From an uncultured bacterium (GTDB taxonomy: Bacteria; Desulfobacterota_D; UBA1144; Nemesobacterales; UBA2774), in contig CAVPJU010000010.1 of the NCBI GenBank assembly GCA_963705505.1, positions 320,001 to 384,000 on the forward strand: a stretch of 64,000 nucleotides of DNA, written 5' to 3'. The translations under genes were made by a program, and so were the position numbers. Of the stretch, positions 40,390 through 49,823 are shown piece by piece. Position 1 is the first letter of the stretch, and every line of letters starts with the position of its first letter. The notes beneath the pieces were generated by a model that saw nothing but the letters and a program-made list of their open reading frames with translations, did not search any database and was not told the DNA's origin.

Positions 40390-43300
40390 ATGAACATAGC
40401 TGAATTTTCAATAAAAAAAAATGTCATTACGATAACGCTGACTATCGTTCTCATTTATGCGGGTTTTAAATCCTTTCAGAGCCTGCCGCGGCTCGAAGAC
40501 CCCGAGTTCACGATAAAGGAAGCCGTAATACTCACGCCCTACCCCGGGGCGAGCGCTTCGGAGGTCGAAAATGAGGTAACGAACGTAATTGAAAAGGCGG
40601 TGCAGGAACTGGGGCAGCTAAAGAGGGTGGAATCCACTTCATCCCGCGGACTTTCGTACGTCAAAGCGACAATCAAGGACGAATACGATAAGAAGAGCCT
40701 GCCCCAGGTATGGGACGAGCTCCGCCGAAAGGTTAACGATTATCAGTCTCAGCTGCCACCCGGAGCTGGTCCATCGCTCGTAAATGACGATTACGGCGAT
40801 GTTTACGGCGTATACCTGGCAATAACGGGAGAGGGGTACAGCTATGCGGAGCTAAAGAACTACGCAGACCTGCTCAAAAGGGAATTGCTGCTCGTCAAGG
40901 ACGTAAAGAAAATAGTCCTCTACGGTGAGCAGCCCGAGGCGGTTTACGTCGAAATGTCGCGGCCCAAAATGGCGGCGCTGGAGATATCGCAGCAGGATAT
41001 ATATAACGCGCTCAAGGCAAAGAACCTCCCCACAGACGCAGGGGATATAGACGTGGGTAAGGAAAAACTTCCCATCAATCCGACAGGCGAGTTCACATCC
41101 GAGAAAGAGTTCGGGGACTTGCTCGTAAGCAGCCGGGGAAGTGAGAGCCTCGTTTACCTCAAGGACGTAGCGGACGTGAGGAGGGGGTACAAAGACCCCC
41201 CGAAAAATCTGCTCAGGTATAACGGAAAGCCCGCGATCGGACTCGCCATATCGACGGTCCTCGGCGGGAACGTCGTAACGATGGGGAAAGGAATAGAGCA
41301 AAAGATAAAAGATCTCGAGCCGCTGGCCCCTCTGGGGATGGAAATCGAAGTCATTTCTCTTCAGTCGGAAGCCGTAACCCAGGCAATAAACGGGTTCGTT
41401 GTCAACCTCCTTGAAGCCATAGTGATAGTGGTGGTCGTGCTCCTCTTCGCCATGGGATTGAGGAGCGGTCTAATCATAGGGGCTATCCTCTTCATCACGA
41501 TCTGCGGCACTTTCGTCTTTATGGGGATGTGGAACGTAACGCTCGAAAGGATCTCGCTCGGGGCGTTGATAATCGCCCTCGGGATGCTCGTCGATAACGC
41601 AATCGTCGTCGTTGACGGTATGAAGATAAAGATGGAGCAGGGAGAGGACGCCATAAACGCGGCTAAGGAGATAGTGGGACAGACCGCATTTCCTCTTCTC
41701 GGAGCGACCGTGGTCGCAGTGCTGGCATTCGCCGCGATCGGCACGTCGAAAGACAGCACGGGGGAGTATTGCAGGACTTTATTCCAGGTAATTTTGATAT
41801 CGCTCATGCTGAGCTGGGTCACCGCGGTCACTATAACACCCCTTCTCTGTAAACACTTTCTGGTCGGAAAAAGAAAACCCGGAAAAGAAGATTCGAAAGA
41901 AAAAGATCCCTATGCGGGCAAATTCTTCCAAGCGTATAAGAAGCTTCTAATAACCGCTATAAAATTAAGATATGTCACTGTCGGAATCATAGTCGCAATC
42001 TTTATACTCTCACTGATCGGGTTCGGATTCATAAAGACGATGTTCTTCCCGACGGCGACGAGGCCCCAGTTCTTTGTGGAGTTCTATTTCCCCGAGGGAT
42101 ACCGCATCGAGGATACAGCAAAGGAACTCGAAGCAGCACAAGATTATCTGAAAAACATCGAAGGAGTGACGAGCGTCATCACCGAGATCGGGGGAAGCGA
42201 CCCCCGTTTTCTCCTGACGTACGTCCCCGGAAAGTCATCGCCCAGTTACGCGGTCATTCTGGCGACTGTCGAAAACTACAATGTAATCGACCCGATCCTG
42301 CAGAAGACACAGAACGACCTCGAGAAGATTCTTCCCGACGCGGTAGTAAACGTGAGGAAATTCCTCCTCGGGCCGGGGGAAGGGGGAAAGATACAGCTCC
42401 GGATAAGCGGTCCAGACAGAACGGTGCTTAGAGAACTTGCGGGGAAGGTTGAGGATATCTTAAAAGCGGACCCGCAGGCAAAAGCGGTCAGGGACGAATG
42501 GAAGGAAAAGGTAAAGGTAGTGAGGCCACAATTGGAAGAGGCGCAGGCAAGCCAGCTCGGAATATCGCGGCCCGAGGTCTCAAAGGCGTTCGAAGAGTCG
42601 TTCTCGGGCACCCAGGCCGGTATATACAGGGATAAAAGCACGTTCGAACCGCAGCTCCTGCCCATTATTGCGAGGGCTCCCGACTACGAAAGAATGAACC
42701 TCGATACGATTCAGAGCCTCCAGATATGGAGCACTGCGGCAGGGAGAATGATACCGATAGGACAGGTGGTCTCGGGATTCAACACAGAGACCGAAGACGC
42801 GAACATCGGGAGGCGGGACAGGGTGACGATGATAAAAATCCATGCGGATCCGAGGACCGAGCTTCCGAGCGAGCTCATGGCGCGTGTTAAACCCGAGATA
42901 GAGAAAGCGCTAAACGTTGACGTGGGCAAGGTCACCGGAAAGGATTTCGGCCCTCAGGACAACCCCTTTCAGGACTTCAACCACGAGGTGATCCCAATAC
43001 GCGAAGCGGACCAGCTGCCGCTAAAAGGCATGCCCGGCTACTACATGGCCTGGGGAGGTGAAGCCGAGGATTCTGCCCGCGCAAACGATGGGCTCAAAAA
43101 GCAACTACCGGTATTCTTCGCAATGATGGTGCTTATAGTCGTGTTCCTCTTCAACTCCGTGAGGCAGCCGCTTATTATTTGGCTCACTGTGCCGTTATCC
43201 ATTATTGGCGTTACCATCGGGCTTCTATTGTTCAAACAGCCCTTCGGGTTTATGGCGCTTCTTGGACTTTTGAGCCTCTCCGGAATGCTCATAAAAAATG

Positions 43301-43572
43301 CGATTGTCCTTATAGACCAGATCGATACTGAAATAAGGAGCGGCAAGGACCGTTACCGGTCTGTTGTGGATTCCGGGGTAAGCCGTTTAAACCCGGTCAT
43401 GATGGCGGCAGCGACTACGATTCTGGGTATGATCCCTCTTCTGCAAGACGCGTTTTTCGTATCGATGGCCGTGACCATAATGTTCGGACTGCTGGTAGCG
43501 ACTGTGCTTACGCTCGTCGTCGTCCCCGTGCTTTATACCATCTTCTTCAAGATTCCCAACCCGTCCAAATAG
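40390..43572 (+). CDS. RND efflux permease (AcrB/D/F family)
   Basis: YPGASA.EVE..VT..IE, GMLVDNAIVV, KNAIVL and TILGMIPL motifs. Confidence 0.95.
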   Translation: MNIAEFSIKKNVITITLTIVLIYAGFKSFQSLPRLEDPEFTIKEAVILTPYPGASASEVENEVTNVIEKAVQELGQLKRVESTSSRGLSYVKATIKDEYDKKSLPQVWDELRRKVNDYQSQLPPGAGPSLVNDDYGDVYGVYLAITGEGYSYAELKNYADLLKRELLLVKDVKKIVLYGEQPEAVYVEMSRPKMAALEISQQDIYNALKAKNLPTDAGDIDVGKEKLPINPTGEFTSEKEFGDLLVSSRGSESLVYLKDVADVRRGYKDPPKNLLRYNGKPAIGLAISTVLGGNVVTMGKGIEQKIKDLEPLAPLGMEIEVISLQSEAVTQAINGFVVNLLEAIVIVVVVLLFAMGLRSGLIIGAILFITICGTFVFMGMWNVTLERISLGALIIALGMLVDNAIVVVDGMKIKMEQGEDAINAAKEIVGQTAFPLLGATVVAVLAFAAIGTSKDSTGEYCRTLFQVILISLMLSWVTAVTITPLLCKHFLVGKRKPGKEDSKEKDPYAGKFFQAYKKLLITAIKLRYVTVGIIVAIFILSLIGFGFIKTMFFPTATRPQFFVEFYFPEGYRIEDTAKELEAAQDYLKNIEGVTSVITEIGGSDPRFLLTYVPGKSSPSYAVILATVENYNVIDPILQKTQNDLEKILPDAVVNVRKFLLGPGEGGKIQLRISGPDRTVLRELAGKVEDILKADPQAKAVRDEWKEKVKVVRPQLEEAQASQLGISRPEVSKAFEESFSGTQAGIYRDKSTFEPQLLPIIARAPDYERMNLDTIQSLQIWSTAAGRMIPIGQVVSGFNTETEDANIGRRDRVTMIKIHADPRTELPSELMARVKPEIEKALNVDVGKVTGKDFGPQDNPFQDFNHEVIPIREADQLPLKGMPGYYMAWGGEAEDSARANDGLKKQLPVFFAMMVLIVVFLFNSVRQPLIIWLTVPLSIIGVTIGLLLFKQPFGFMALLGLLSLSGMLIKNAIVLIDQIDTEIRSGKDRYRSVVDSGVSRLNPVMMAAATTILGMIPLLQDAFFVSMAVTIMFGLLVATVLTLVVVPVLYTIFFKIPNPSK

Positions 43573-43597
43573 AAAATCCTTTCATCCCGGAAAGGGG

Positions 43598-43972
43598 TCA
43601 TCTCTTTTTAGTCTTGAACACACCCGGGTCGGCGCATACCGCCCAAGCCCTCGCCTGTATATCGCCCGGACGTGTGTTCGTATTGGTACATTCGATATAC
43701 CACGAGGCTTCACCCGGCGCGGGCGCGCTTTTCGCAAGGCTTACCCATCCCTCGGTTACCAGAAACCCGAAGCATTCCCCTCCCCCGCCTATGACTACCG
43801 TACCCGCAGGGCAGGCACTCCTGACAGTGACGGATTTCCCTGGCGCCGCAGATACGGTCTCCGACTCCGCACTTACCGTAGACACCCCGTCCGCCCCGGC
43901 AGCGGCAATCGGAAAGAGACCGGCAGGCCCCAGTAAAACGACCAGCGACAGCACCGTGAGCAACCTTCTCAT
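43598..43972 (-). CDS. Small secreted Cys-containing beta protein
   Basis: GGAGG RBS; signal peptide; ACPAG..VIGGG...W...C...AVCA. Confidence 0.7.
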   Translation of the reverse strand: MRRLLTVLSLVVLLGPAGLFPIAAAGADGVSTVSAESETVSAAPGKSVTVRSACPAGTVVIGGGGECFGFLVTEGWVSLAKSAPAPGEASWYIECTNTNTRPGDIQARAWAVCADPGVFKTKKR

Positions 43973-44129
43973 TTATCGACCTCCCTGATAATTGCTTTTC
44001 AGATAATGTAACATAAGCAAGTTGAGGATTAATAAAAAGTTTTAATCACAAATGGTTATAGATATGCCGATTATATTCAACCGTTTCGGGTTATAATTAG
44101 ATGAGGCTTACGGTTGAGGGAATAGTGAA

Positions 44130-44681
44130 ATGAAATCCGCGATTTCCGTTTATTTAATCCTGTTATTATTACTTGGGGCTTATCCGGTATCCGCGCAGAA
44201 CGGAGACAGCGACTCGTCGGGCAGCTCGGAGGAGTCGAAGGATACCACGCCCTCCGGTCAAACCGCGGACCCGAACAATCCCCCCGTCGATATCCGTCAG
44301 CAGCCCTATGAATACTATTACTGGCCCGAGGAAAACCTCGACAATTTCGGTCTATCTACACTCGGAAACGGGGAAGGCGGGAGCACACTGGGACGCACCC
44401 CAAAGCGGAAGAGTAACATCGAGGTGAATTCACCGAAGGAGCCTGAAGAGACCGGCCAGGATACGGACGGCGATAACGGGACGGCGCTATCCCCGCCCGA
44501 GGAAGGGGATATCGACAGCGGAACAATCGTAGAGGAGGAAGCTCCTCAGTCCGCCCCTTCTGAAAGCCCGATCTACGAATGGGTGGACGATAAGGGCAAC
44601 ATACATATCACCAACAACATAGGCGACGTCCCTCTTAAATATCAGCAGGAAATTTATAAACAGAAGAACACGGGCGAATAG
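44130..44681 (+). CDS. Secreted acidic protein with a C-terminal DUF4124-like motif
   Basis: Signal peptide; IYEWVDDKGNIHITN...VP. Confidence 0.75.
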   Translation: MKSAISVYLILLLLLGAYPVSAQNGDSDSSGSSEESKDTTPSGQTADPNNPPVDIRQQPYEYYYWPEENLDNFGLSTLGNGEGGSTLGRTPKRKSNIEVNSPKEPEETGQDTDGDNGTALSPPEEGDIDSGTIVEEEAPQSAPSESPIYEWVDDKGNIHITNNIGDVPLKYQQEIYKQKNTGE

Positions 44682-45045
44682 GATTGCATGCTGCCTTTAT
44701 GAATTACAGCACAGTGTAATGTTGCCCGTAGACCCATTTTGCTAAAACGATGAGCCGGGTTCCGGCCTCCCGTCCGCATTACCGGGAAGCACACAATAAC
44801 TCCAAGACCCATTTTAAATTCAACCCACGATGTCAAACGAGTTGACTCCGGGAATTGTGAAGGTAGAATGAATCTCTCAGAAATACGGCGTGCACGGGGC
44901 CATGCGCCCGCACATCCCGCGGCCGCCTCAAACCGGATCATCCACAGTAAGCTTATAAACGGTGTAAGCAGCTGTAGAAAACGAGCCTGTTCCTGTGTCG
45001 GATCCGATGAAATCCTAAGATCGGCAAAGGATTGAAGAAAGCATC

Positions 45046-46857
45046 ATGCAGCGGAAACATATCGTTTTACTCGCGGGACTTGTCTTATTAATAATAGCCG
45101 CTTACGCCGCCTGGGCTTCGGTACAAGCGCCTTCGGGAACCTCCGAGCTCCCCCGTGCCCTCGACAGCTATAACGATTCCCACCTCGGGAGCATCCCCGC
45201 TATTCTGAAAGACCGCATCCGGCAGGAGCCTTTTAATCTCGTCGCCACGCTTATCTTCATCTGCGCTATTATTCACACCTTTCTTGCAAGCAAGTTCATG
45301 AACATCTCCCATAATTGGGAGCACAGGCATGAAGAGCGGATCAAGAACGGGGAGGCTGATGGGAACTCTGTCCACTTCGGCGCCGAGGTGTTTCATTTCC
45401 TGGGCGAGGTTGAGGTGGTCTTCGGTGTTTGGGCGGTCGTGCTCATCGTCGCAATTATGCTCACTTTCGGATGGCCGACAGTCATAAGCTACTTCGATTA
45501 CAATGTCAATTTCTCGGAGGCAGCGTTCGTCGTCGTGATTATGACCCTCGCTTCGACACGGCCTATATTGAAATTAGCGGAATCCAGCATGTGGAAGGTC
45601 GCCGGGCTTCTCGGCGGCTCTCTCGGGGCGCTCTGGTTCACAATCCTCACGCTAGGCCCGATACTCGGCTCGTTTATCACGGAGCCCGCCGCAATGACGA
45701 TTTCCGCGCTCGTTCTTTCAGAGAAATTTTATGAACTCCGTCCCAGCTCCAGGCTCAAATACGCGACCCTGGGACTGCTCTTCGTCAACATTTCCGTAGG
45801 CGGCACGCTCACTCACTTCGCGGCGCCCCCTATCCTGATGGTGGCAGAGCCGTGGGGCTGGGGGACGGGATTTATGCTCACCCACTTCGGGTGGAAGGCG
45901 TTTGCGGGAATACTGATTTCAAACGGACTCTACTTCATAGTATTCCGCAAAGAATTGTTGAGTATGCAGAAAGAATTCGCACTGCGCTTACTTAAGGACG
46001 AAATCGAGGCGAGATATGTCACACGGGAGCGGGTAGAGAAGGAGTTCGAAAGAATTGCGACGAATGTCGGAGAAAACCAGAGTTTTATGAAGTCCGTGAG
46101 TGAGAATACTGAATTATTCTTAACCCGGATCAAGGAGAGGATGGAGGCAGAGTCCTTGCCGAAATTGAGAGCGGAAGGTATTGACGAAACACTGATCAGA
46201 GAGGCTTTCGATAAGCGCTTCGAGGAAGTCAGGCTCACAAAAATCAGGCGATATTTACCCGGCATACTGCCCGAGGAAATGCGACCGGAATACACAGATC
46301 CGGACTGGGACAAGCGGGAGGACCCGGTGCCCGTCTGGGTCACGGTCGTCCATCTGCTCTTCATGGCATGGACCATCATAAACGCGCACTATGCACCGCT
46401 CTTCGTCCTCGGGCTACTGTTTTTTCTCGGTTTTGCGCAAGTCTCGGCCCCGTATCAGAACAAGATCAATCTGCAGCCGGCCATGCTGGTCGGGTTTTTC
46501 CTGGCCGGTCTGGTAATTCACGGCGGGCTTCAGGGCTGGTGGATCGAGCCCGTGCTCGGGGGTCTCGGGAAAGCGCCTCTCCTGCTCGGCGCGACTATAC
46601 TGACGTCGTTTAACGACAATGCGGCAATCACTTACCTGAGCACGCTGGTCCCGCATTTCACGGACAGCCTCAAATACGCCGTAGTGGCAGGCGCCGTGAC
46701 GGGGGGCGGGCTCACGGTTATCGCCAATGCCCCGAACCCTGCCGGCCAGTCCATACTTAAGAAGCACTTCGACGATGCGGTATCTCCGATCGGATTGCTT
46801 CAAGCGGCGCTGGTACCGACTATCATATTGTTTTTTTGTTTTCTACTTCTGGGTTAA
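45046..46857 (+). CDS. Putative Na+/H+ antiporter (DUF1504 / IT superfamily) with an internal soluble insertion
   Basis: HTFLA, HFLGEVEVVFG, GSFITEPAAMT, FAAPP, DNAAITYL and GGGLTVIANAPNPAG motifs. Confidence 0.85.
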   Translation: MQRKHIVLLAGLVLLIIAAYAAWASVQAPSGTSELPRALDSYNDSHLGSIPAILKDRIRQEPFNLVATLIFICAIIHTFLASKFMNISHNWEHRHEERIKNGEADGNSVHFGAEVFHFLGEVEVVFGVWAVVLIVAIMLTFGWPTVISYFDYNVNFSEAAFVVVIMTLASTRPILKLAESSMWKVAGLLGGSLGALWFTILTLGPILGSFITEPAAMTISALVLSEKFYELRPSSRLKYATLGLLFVNISVGGTLTHFAAPPILMVAEPWGWGTGFMLTHFGWKAFAGILISNGLYFIVFRKELLSMQKEFALRLLKDEIEARYVTRERVEKEFERIATNVGENQSFMKSVSENTELFLTRIKERMEAESLPKLRAEGIDETLIREAFDKRFEEVRLTKIRRYLPGILPEEMRPEYTDPDWDKREDPVPVWVTVVHLLFMAWTIINAHYAPLFVLGLLFFLGFAQVSAPYQNKINLQPAMLVGFFLAGLVIHGGLQGWWIEPVLGGLGKAPLLLGATILTSFNDNAAITYLSTLVPHFTDSLKYAVVAGAVTGGGLTVIANAPNPAGQSILKKHFDDAVSPIGLLQAALVPTIILFFCFLLLG

Positions 46858-46924
46858 AGACCGGCGATTCCACGGCGTCATAACCGCGCTTATTATGGCG
46901 GCTCCTCATTCATACCCCGCCCTG

Positions 46925-48040
46925 CTATCTAAATCTTCTGCGCTCGGGCACGGCGAGCAGAGGGCAGCCGCTTCGGCGGAGAATCTGCTGTGACGTACTG
47001 CCTCTGAGAGCGTCGAGAAACCCCTGATTCCCCTTAGTCCCCATCACGATCAAATCAGCCGGGATGTCATCGGCGACATTCAGTATCGTCTCGACTACAT
47101 TGCCCCTGAGCGCAGTTTTCTTCCATACCCATGAACCGTGCTCTGGCAGATTGACCGAAGGCATTCGTGAAGGATCACCTACGAATAAGAGTGTAAACAC
47201 GCACTCGCCGCACTCAAAAACCTGAGCGATTTTGAGAGCGGCGTATATACCCAGAAGCGGGTCGGGCTCGGAGTCTATAGGAATCAGAATATTCTTTAAA
47301 CTGATGTTCCCGTCATCAGGGGACACGAAACCGCGATCATTATCCTTGAGAAAAAGCGTCCAGCCCCCAGAATCTCTCGACACCTTTTCGGCAACGGATT
47401 TGTGCAGCAGTTTCCCCGCCCCTGACCTACGGTGAGCCGCGAGCACTGTAACATCCGAAGGGTTAGTCTTTAAATAATGGAGAATGGAGGCTACCGGGTC
47501 TTTATGAACTGCGACGACCTTCGTGTAAGCGAAGCCGAGGCCCCGCATGTCTTCTTCGGCATTTAATTCGGAAATCACCTTCCACCGCGCGAGTGTATCC
47601 CTGATCTTGGGGAATTCCGATATGACGTCTCTCTTATGCTCGGGCGACACGTGGAATAAGTTGAGCTTTGCGTTCGCAGACAGTGATAATCTCAAGGCAT
47701 GCGCAAACGCCGTATCGCTCAGCTCCGTAAAGTCGGTAGCATGGAAAATGCTTCTGAAGAAATAATTTGTCTTTAACTGCCTTTCATTCTTCCCGGAAAA
47801 ATCATCTTGCGCATCACTTTGCGCCGCTCTCCTGTCGAGTAATTCACCGAGAGTGCTGTAAGCCTCATTGATTAACCTTATCTTGGACTCGGCTCGGTTT
47901 CTCAGTCTCTCGTTATTGGAGTACTTGTCGGGATGCCAGACCTGTACCAGATCCCTGTAGGCAATTTTAAGTTCTTCGTCCGAGAAATTGTGCTCGAGAT
48001 CAAACAGATCCAAGAATCTCCCGATTTTACGGTCGCTCAT
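46925..48040 (-). CDS. J-domain plus tandem universal stress protein fusion
   Basis: AYRDL...WHPDK...INEAY J-domain; ATDF and LIPID USP starts; LIVMGTKG-N9-GS ATP-binding motif. Confidence 0.85.
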   Translation of the reverse strand: MSDRKIGRFLDLFDLEHNFSDEELKIAYRDLVQVWHPDKYSNNERLRNRAESKIRLINEAYSTLGELLDRRAAQSDAQDDFSGKNERQLKTNYFFRSIFHATDFTELSDTAFAHALRLSLSANAKLNLFHVSPEHKRDVISEFPKIRDTLARWKVISELNAEEDMRGLGFAYTKVVAVHKDPVASILHYLKTNPSDVTVLAAHRRSGAGKLLHKSVAEKVSRDSGGWTLFLKDNDRGFVSPDDGNISLKNILIPIDSEPDPLLGIYAALKIAQVFECGECVFTLLFVGDPSRMPSVNLPEHGSWVWKKTALRGNVVETILNVADDIPADLIVMGTKGNQGFLDALRGSTSQQILRRSGCPLLAVPERRRFR

Positions 48041-48055
48041 TCCTCTTGATGTGTA

Positions 48056-48430
48056 TCAGTTGAGAACGTTGTAACCCCTTCCTATCATGCAGTTTCTGTA
48101 AATCTGCTCATAACCTTTTTCCGAATCATAAACACCTTTTGCTCCCCCGGCAAGGCCGCCTATGACGGCGCCGTAAGCAAGTCCCGAAACAGTATTGCCG
48201 GCTATCGTGCCGATCAGCGCCCCTGTGCCGGTACCCACAGCGCCCCCTACGACAGTGTCCTTGGCGGTGTTTTGCCAATTGGGCGCCCCTTGCTGCGCTA
48301 TCGCCCTGCATTCGGCCTGATCCCTGTAATAACTGTCCTCATTACCCACGCTCCTCGGGTCGACGACCGGGTTGTAGGTCTGACAGCCCATAAGCGCAAA
48401 CATCATTATCAGAAACGCTATTTTTTTCAA
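48056..48430 (-). CDS. Glycine-zipper lipoprotein
   Basis: LMGC lipobox; GxxxG repeats; D.AEC...CM.GRGY. Confidence 0.85.
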   Translation of the reverse strand: MKKIAFLIMMFALMGCQTYNPVVDPRSVGNEDSYYRDQAECRAIAQQGAPNWQNTAKDTVVGGAVGTGTGALIGTIAGNTVSGLAYGAVIGGLAGGAKGVYDSEKGYEQIYRNCMIGRGYNVLN

Positions 48431-48494
48431 TTTATTGACCTCCCAAGAATTAATATAAATTTTCAGGATGCGAGCATTATTAATATAATAACCG

Positions 48495-49169
48495 TTATTT
48501 TTTCAACTCCTCAGAAATTTCTACGAGATCACCGCCGACAGGATCGGACAGCGTATAACCGACGAGCGGGGTGTAAGGACCGAGCTTATAATCCCTTACG
48601 GTCAGGATACATTTGGTCAGGCCGTTCTCGGCAAAGCACGAATAAGAACTGTTCGATGCCGCTATCTTATTCGTATTGCCTTCGACGACTACAGACGGTA
48701 TCAATCCGAAATTCTGGACGTCGAAACCGCCTTTACTATTTTTGGATACACGGAAGAGTCCCATGGACTCGATCTCTCTCGTATCCCGGGGAGTCGCGCC
48801 CTGGCTTTCCACGACCATCTTCCTCGTCTCCTCCGATATTATGGGCTGGTTGCCCAATTGGTTCACCCTGTCGAGAATATTGATAGTGATGGTTTCTACG
48901 GGAGCGCCGTCTTTGGATTTCGATATGACGGTTTCTATAGGCACTTCAAAGTCGTTCTCTCCCACATCGACAGCCTGGCCGAAATTCCTGACCTTCGTTA
49001 TCTGCATGCCGTTCTTCTCCGTATTGGTGACAAGCGTCTTTCCCGCAAGGAGACTGTTATAAAGCTGACGGAACTCGGTAATCGTTATGTTCGTATCGGA
49101 AGCGTAGAGGTTCATGCTTCCAAGCAAAAACAAAAGAACAAAACCTGTAGACTTGATGATTCCGCTCAT
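48495..49169 (-). CDS. Secreted hypothetical protein
   Basis: AGGAGG RBS; signal peptide; beta-rich; one Cys pair. Confidence 0.75.
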   Translation of the reverse strand: MSGIIKSTGFVLLFLLGSMNLYASDTNITITEFRQLYNSLLAGKTLVTNTEKNGMQITKVRNFGQAVDVGENDFEVPIETVISKSKDGAPVETITINILDRVNQLGNQPIISEETRKMVVESQGATPRDTREIESMGLFRVSKNSKGGFDVQNFGLIPSVVVEGNTNKIAASNSSYSCFAENGLTKCILTVRDYKLGPYTPLVGYTLSDPVGGDLVEISEELKK

Positions 49170-49302
49170 CTTGACCTCCTGAAGTATATCGCAACCCGCC
49201 TTTTTTAAACCATTCTAACCCTAAAAGATATTCAATTCAAGATAAAATACGCCGGCCGCCGATATAAAAACTATAATCAAATCAGATGTATAATAAGAAA
49301 AA

Positions 49303-49821
49303 ATGGATAAAGAAGAAGCAAACGGGCCGGGTTTGGCGGCGAAAAGCGACGAGGAGCGCAGGAGGTTCATCCTGCAGGTCGTTCAGCCCGGGCTTGCGGG
49401 CCTCATGGACGGTACAGTATCGTCTCTAGCCCCTCTGTTTGCCGCAGCGCTTGCGACCAAGGACAGTAAGACCGCTTTTCTGGTGGGGCTTGCCACCGCC
49501 GTCGGAGCCGGTATAAGCATGGCGTTCTCCGAAGCGCTTTCCGACGACGGTAAACTTAGCGGACGGGGGAGCCCGTGGCTAAGGGGTATAGTCGAAGGGT
49601 TCATGACTTTCCTCGGAGCGATAGGGCACGCCCTTCCCTTCCTCATTCACAAATTCGAAACAGCCCTGATCGTCGCTTCTTTCGTGGTCGGAGCGGAGCT
49701 GATAGCCATAGCTTACATAAGGAACAGATACATGGATACCCCGTTTCTGTCCGCGACTTTCCAGGTGATAGTCGGGGGACTCATAGTCCTCGCCACGGGG
49801 ATTCTCATTGGTAAGAGCTGA
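49303..49821 (+). CDS. VIT1/CCC1-family transporter (resembles the MbfA membrane domain)
   Basis: QPGLAGLMDG, GISMAFSEALSDDG and GHALPF motifs. Confidence 0.88.
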   Translation: MDKEEANGPGLAAKSDEERRRFILQVVQPGLAGLMDGTVSSLAPLFAAALATKDSKTAFLVGLATAVGAGISMAFSEALSDDGKLSGRGSPWLRGIVEGFMTFLGAIGHALPFLIHKFETALIVASFVVGAELIAIAYIRNRYMDTPFLSATFQVIVGGLIVLATGILIGKS

Positions 49822-49823
49822 TC

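Noticed and set aside
44690..45045. Riboswitch upstream of the Na+/H+ antiporter (Na+, Li+ or c-di-AMP classes)
   Set aside because: I could not match a consensus by eye; only an 11-bp direct repeat AGACCCATTTT (about 44730 and 44805) is visible. An Rfam scan is needed.
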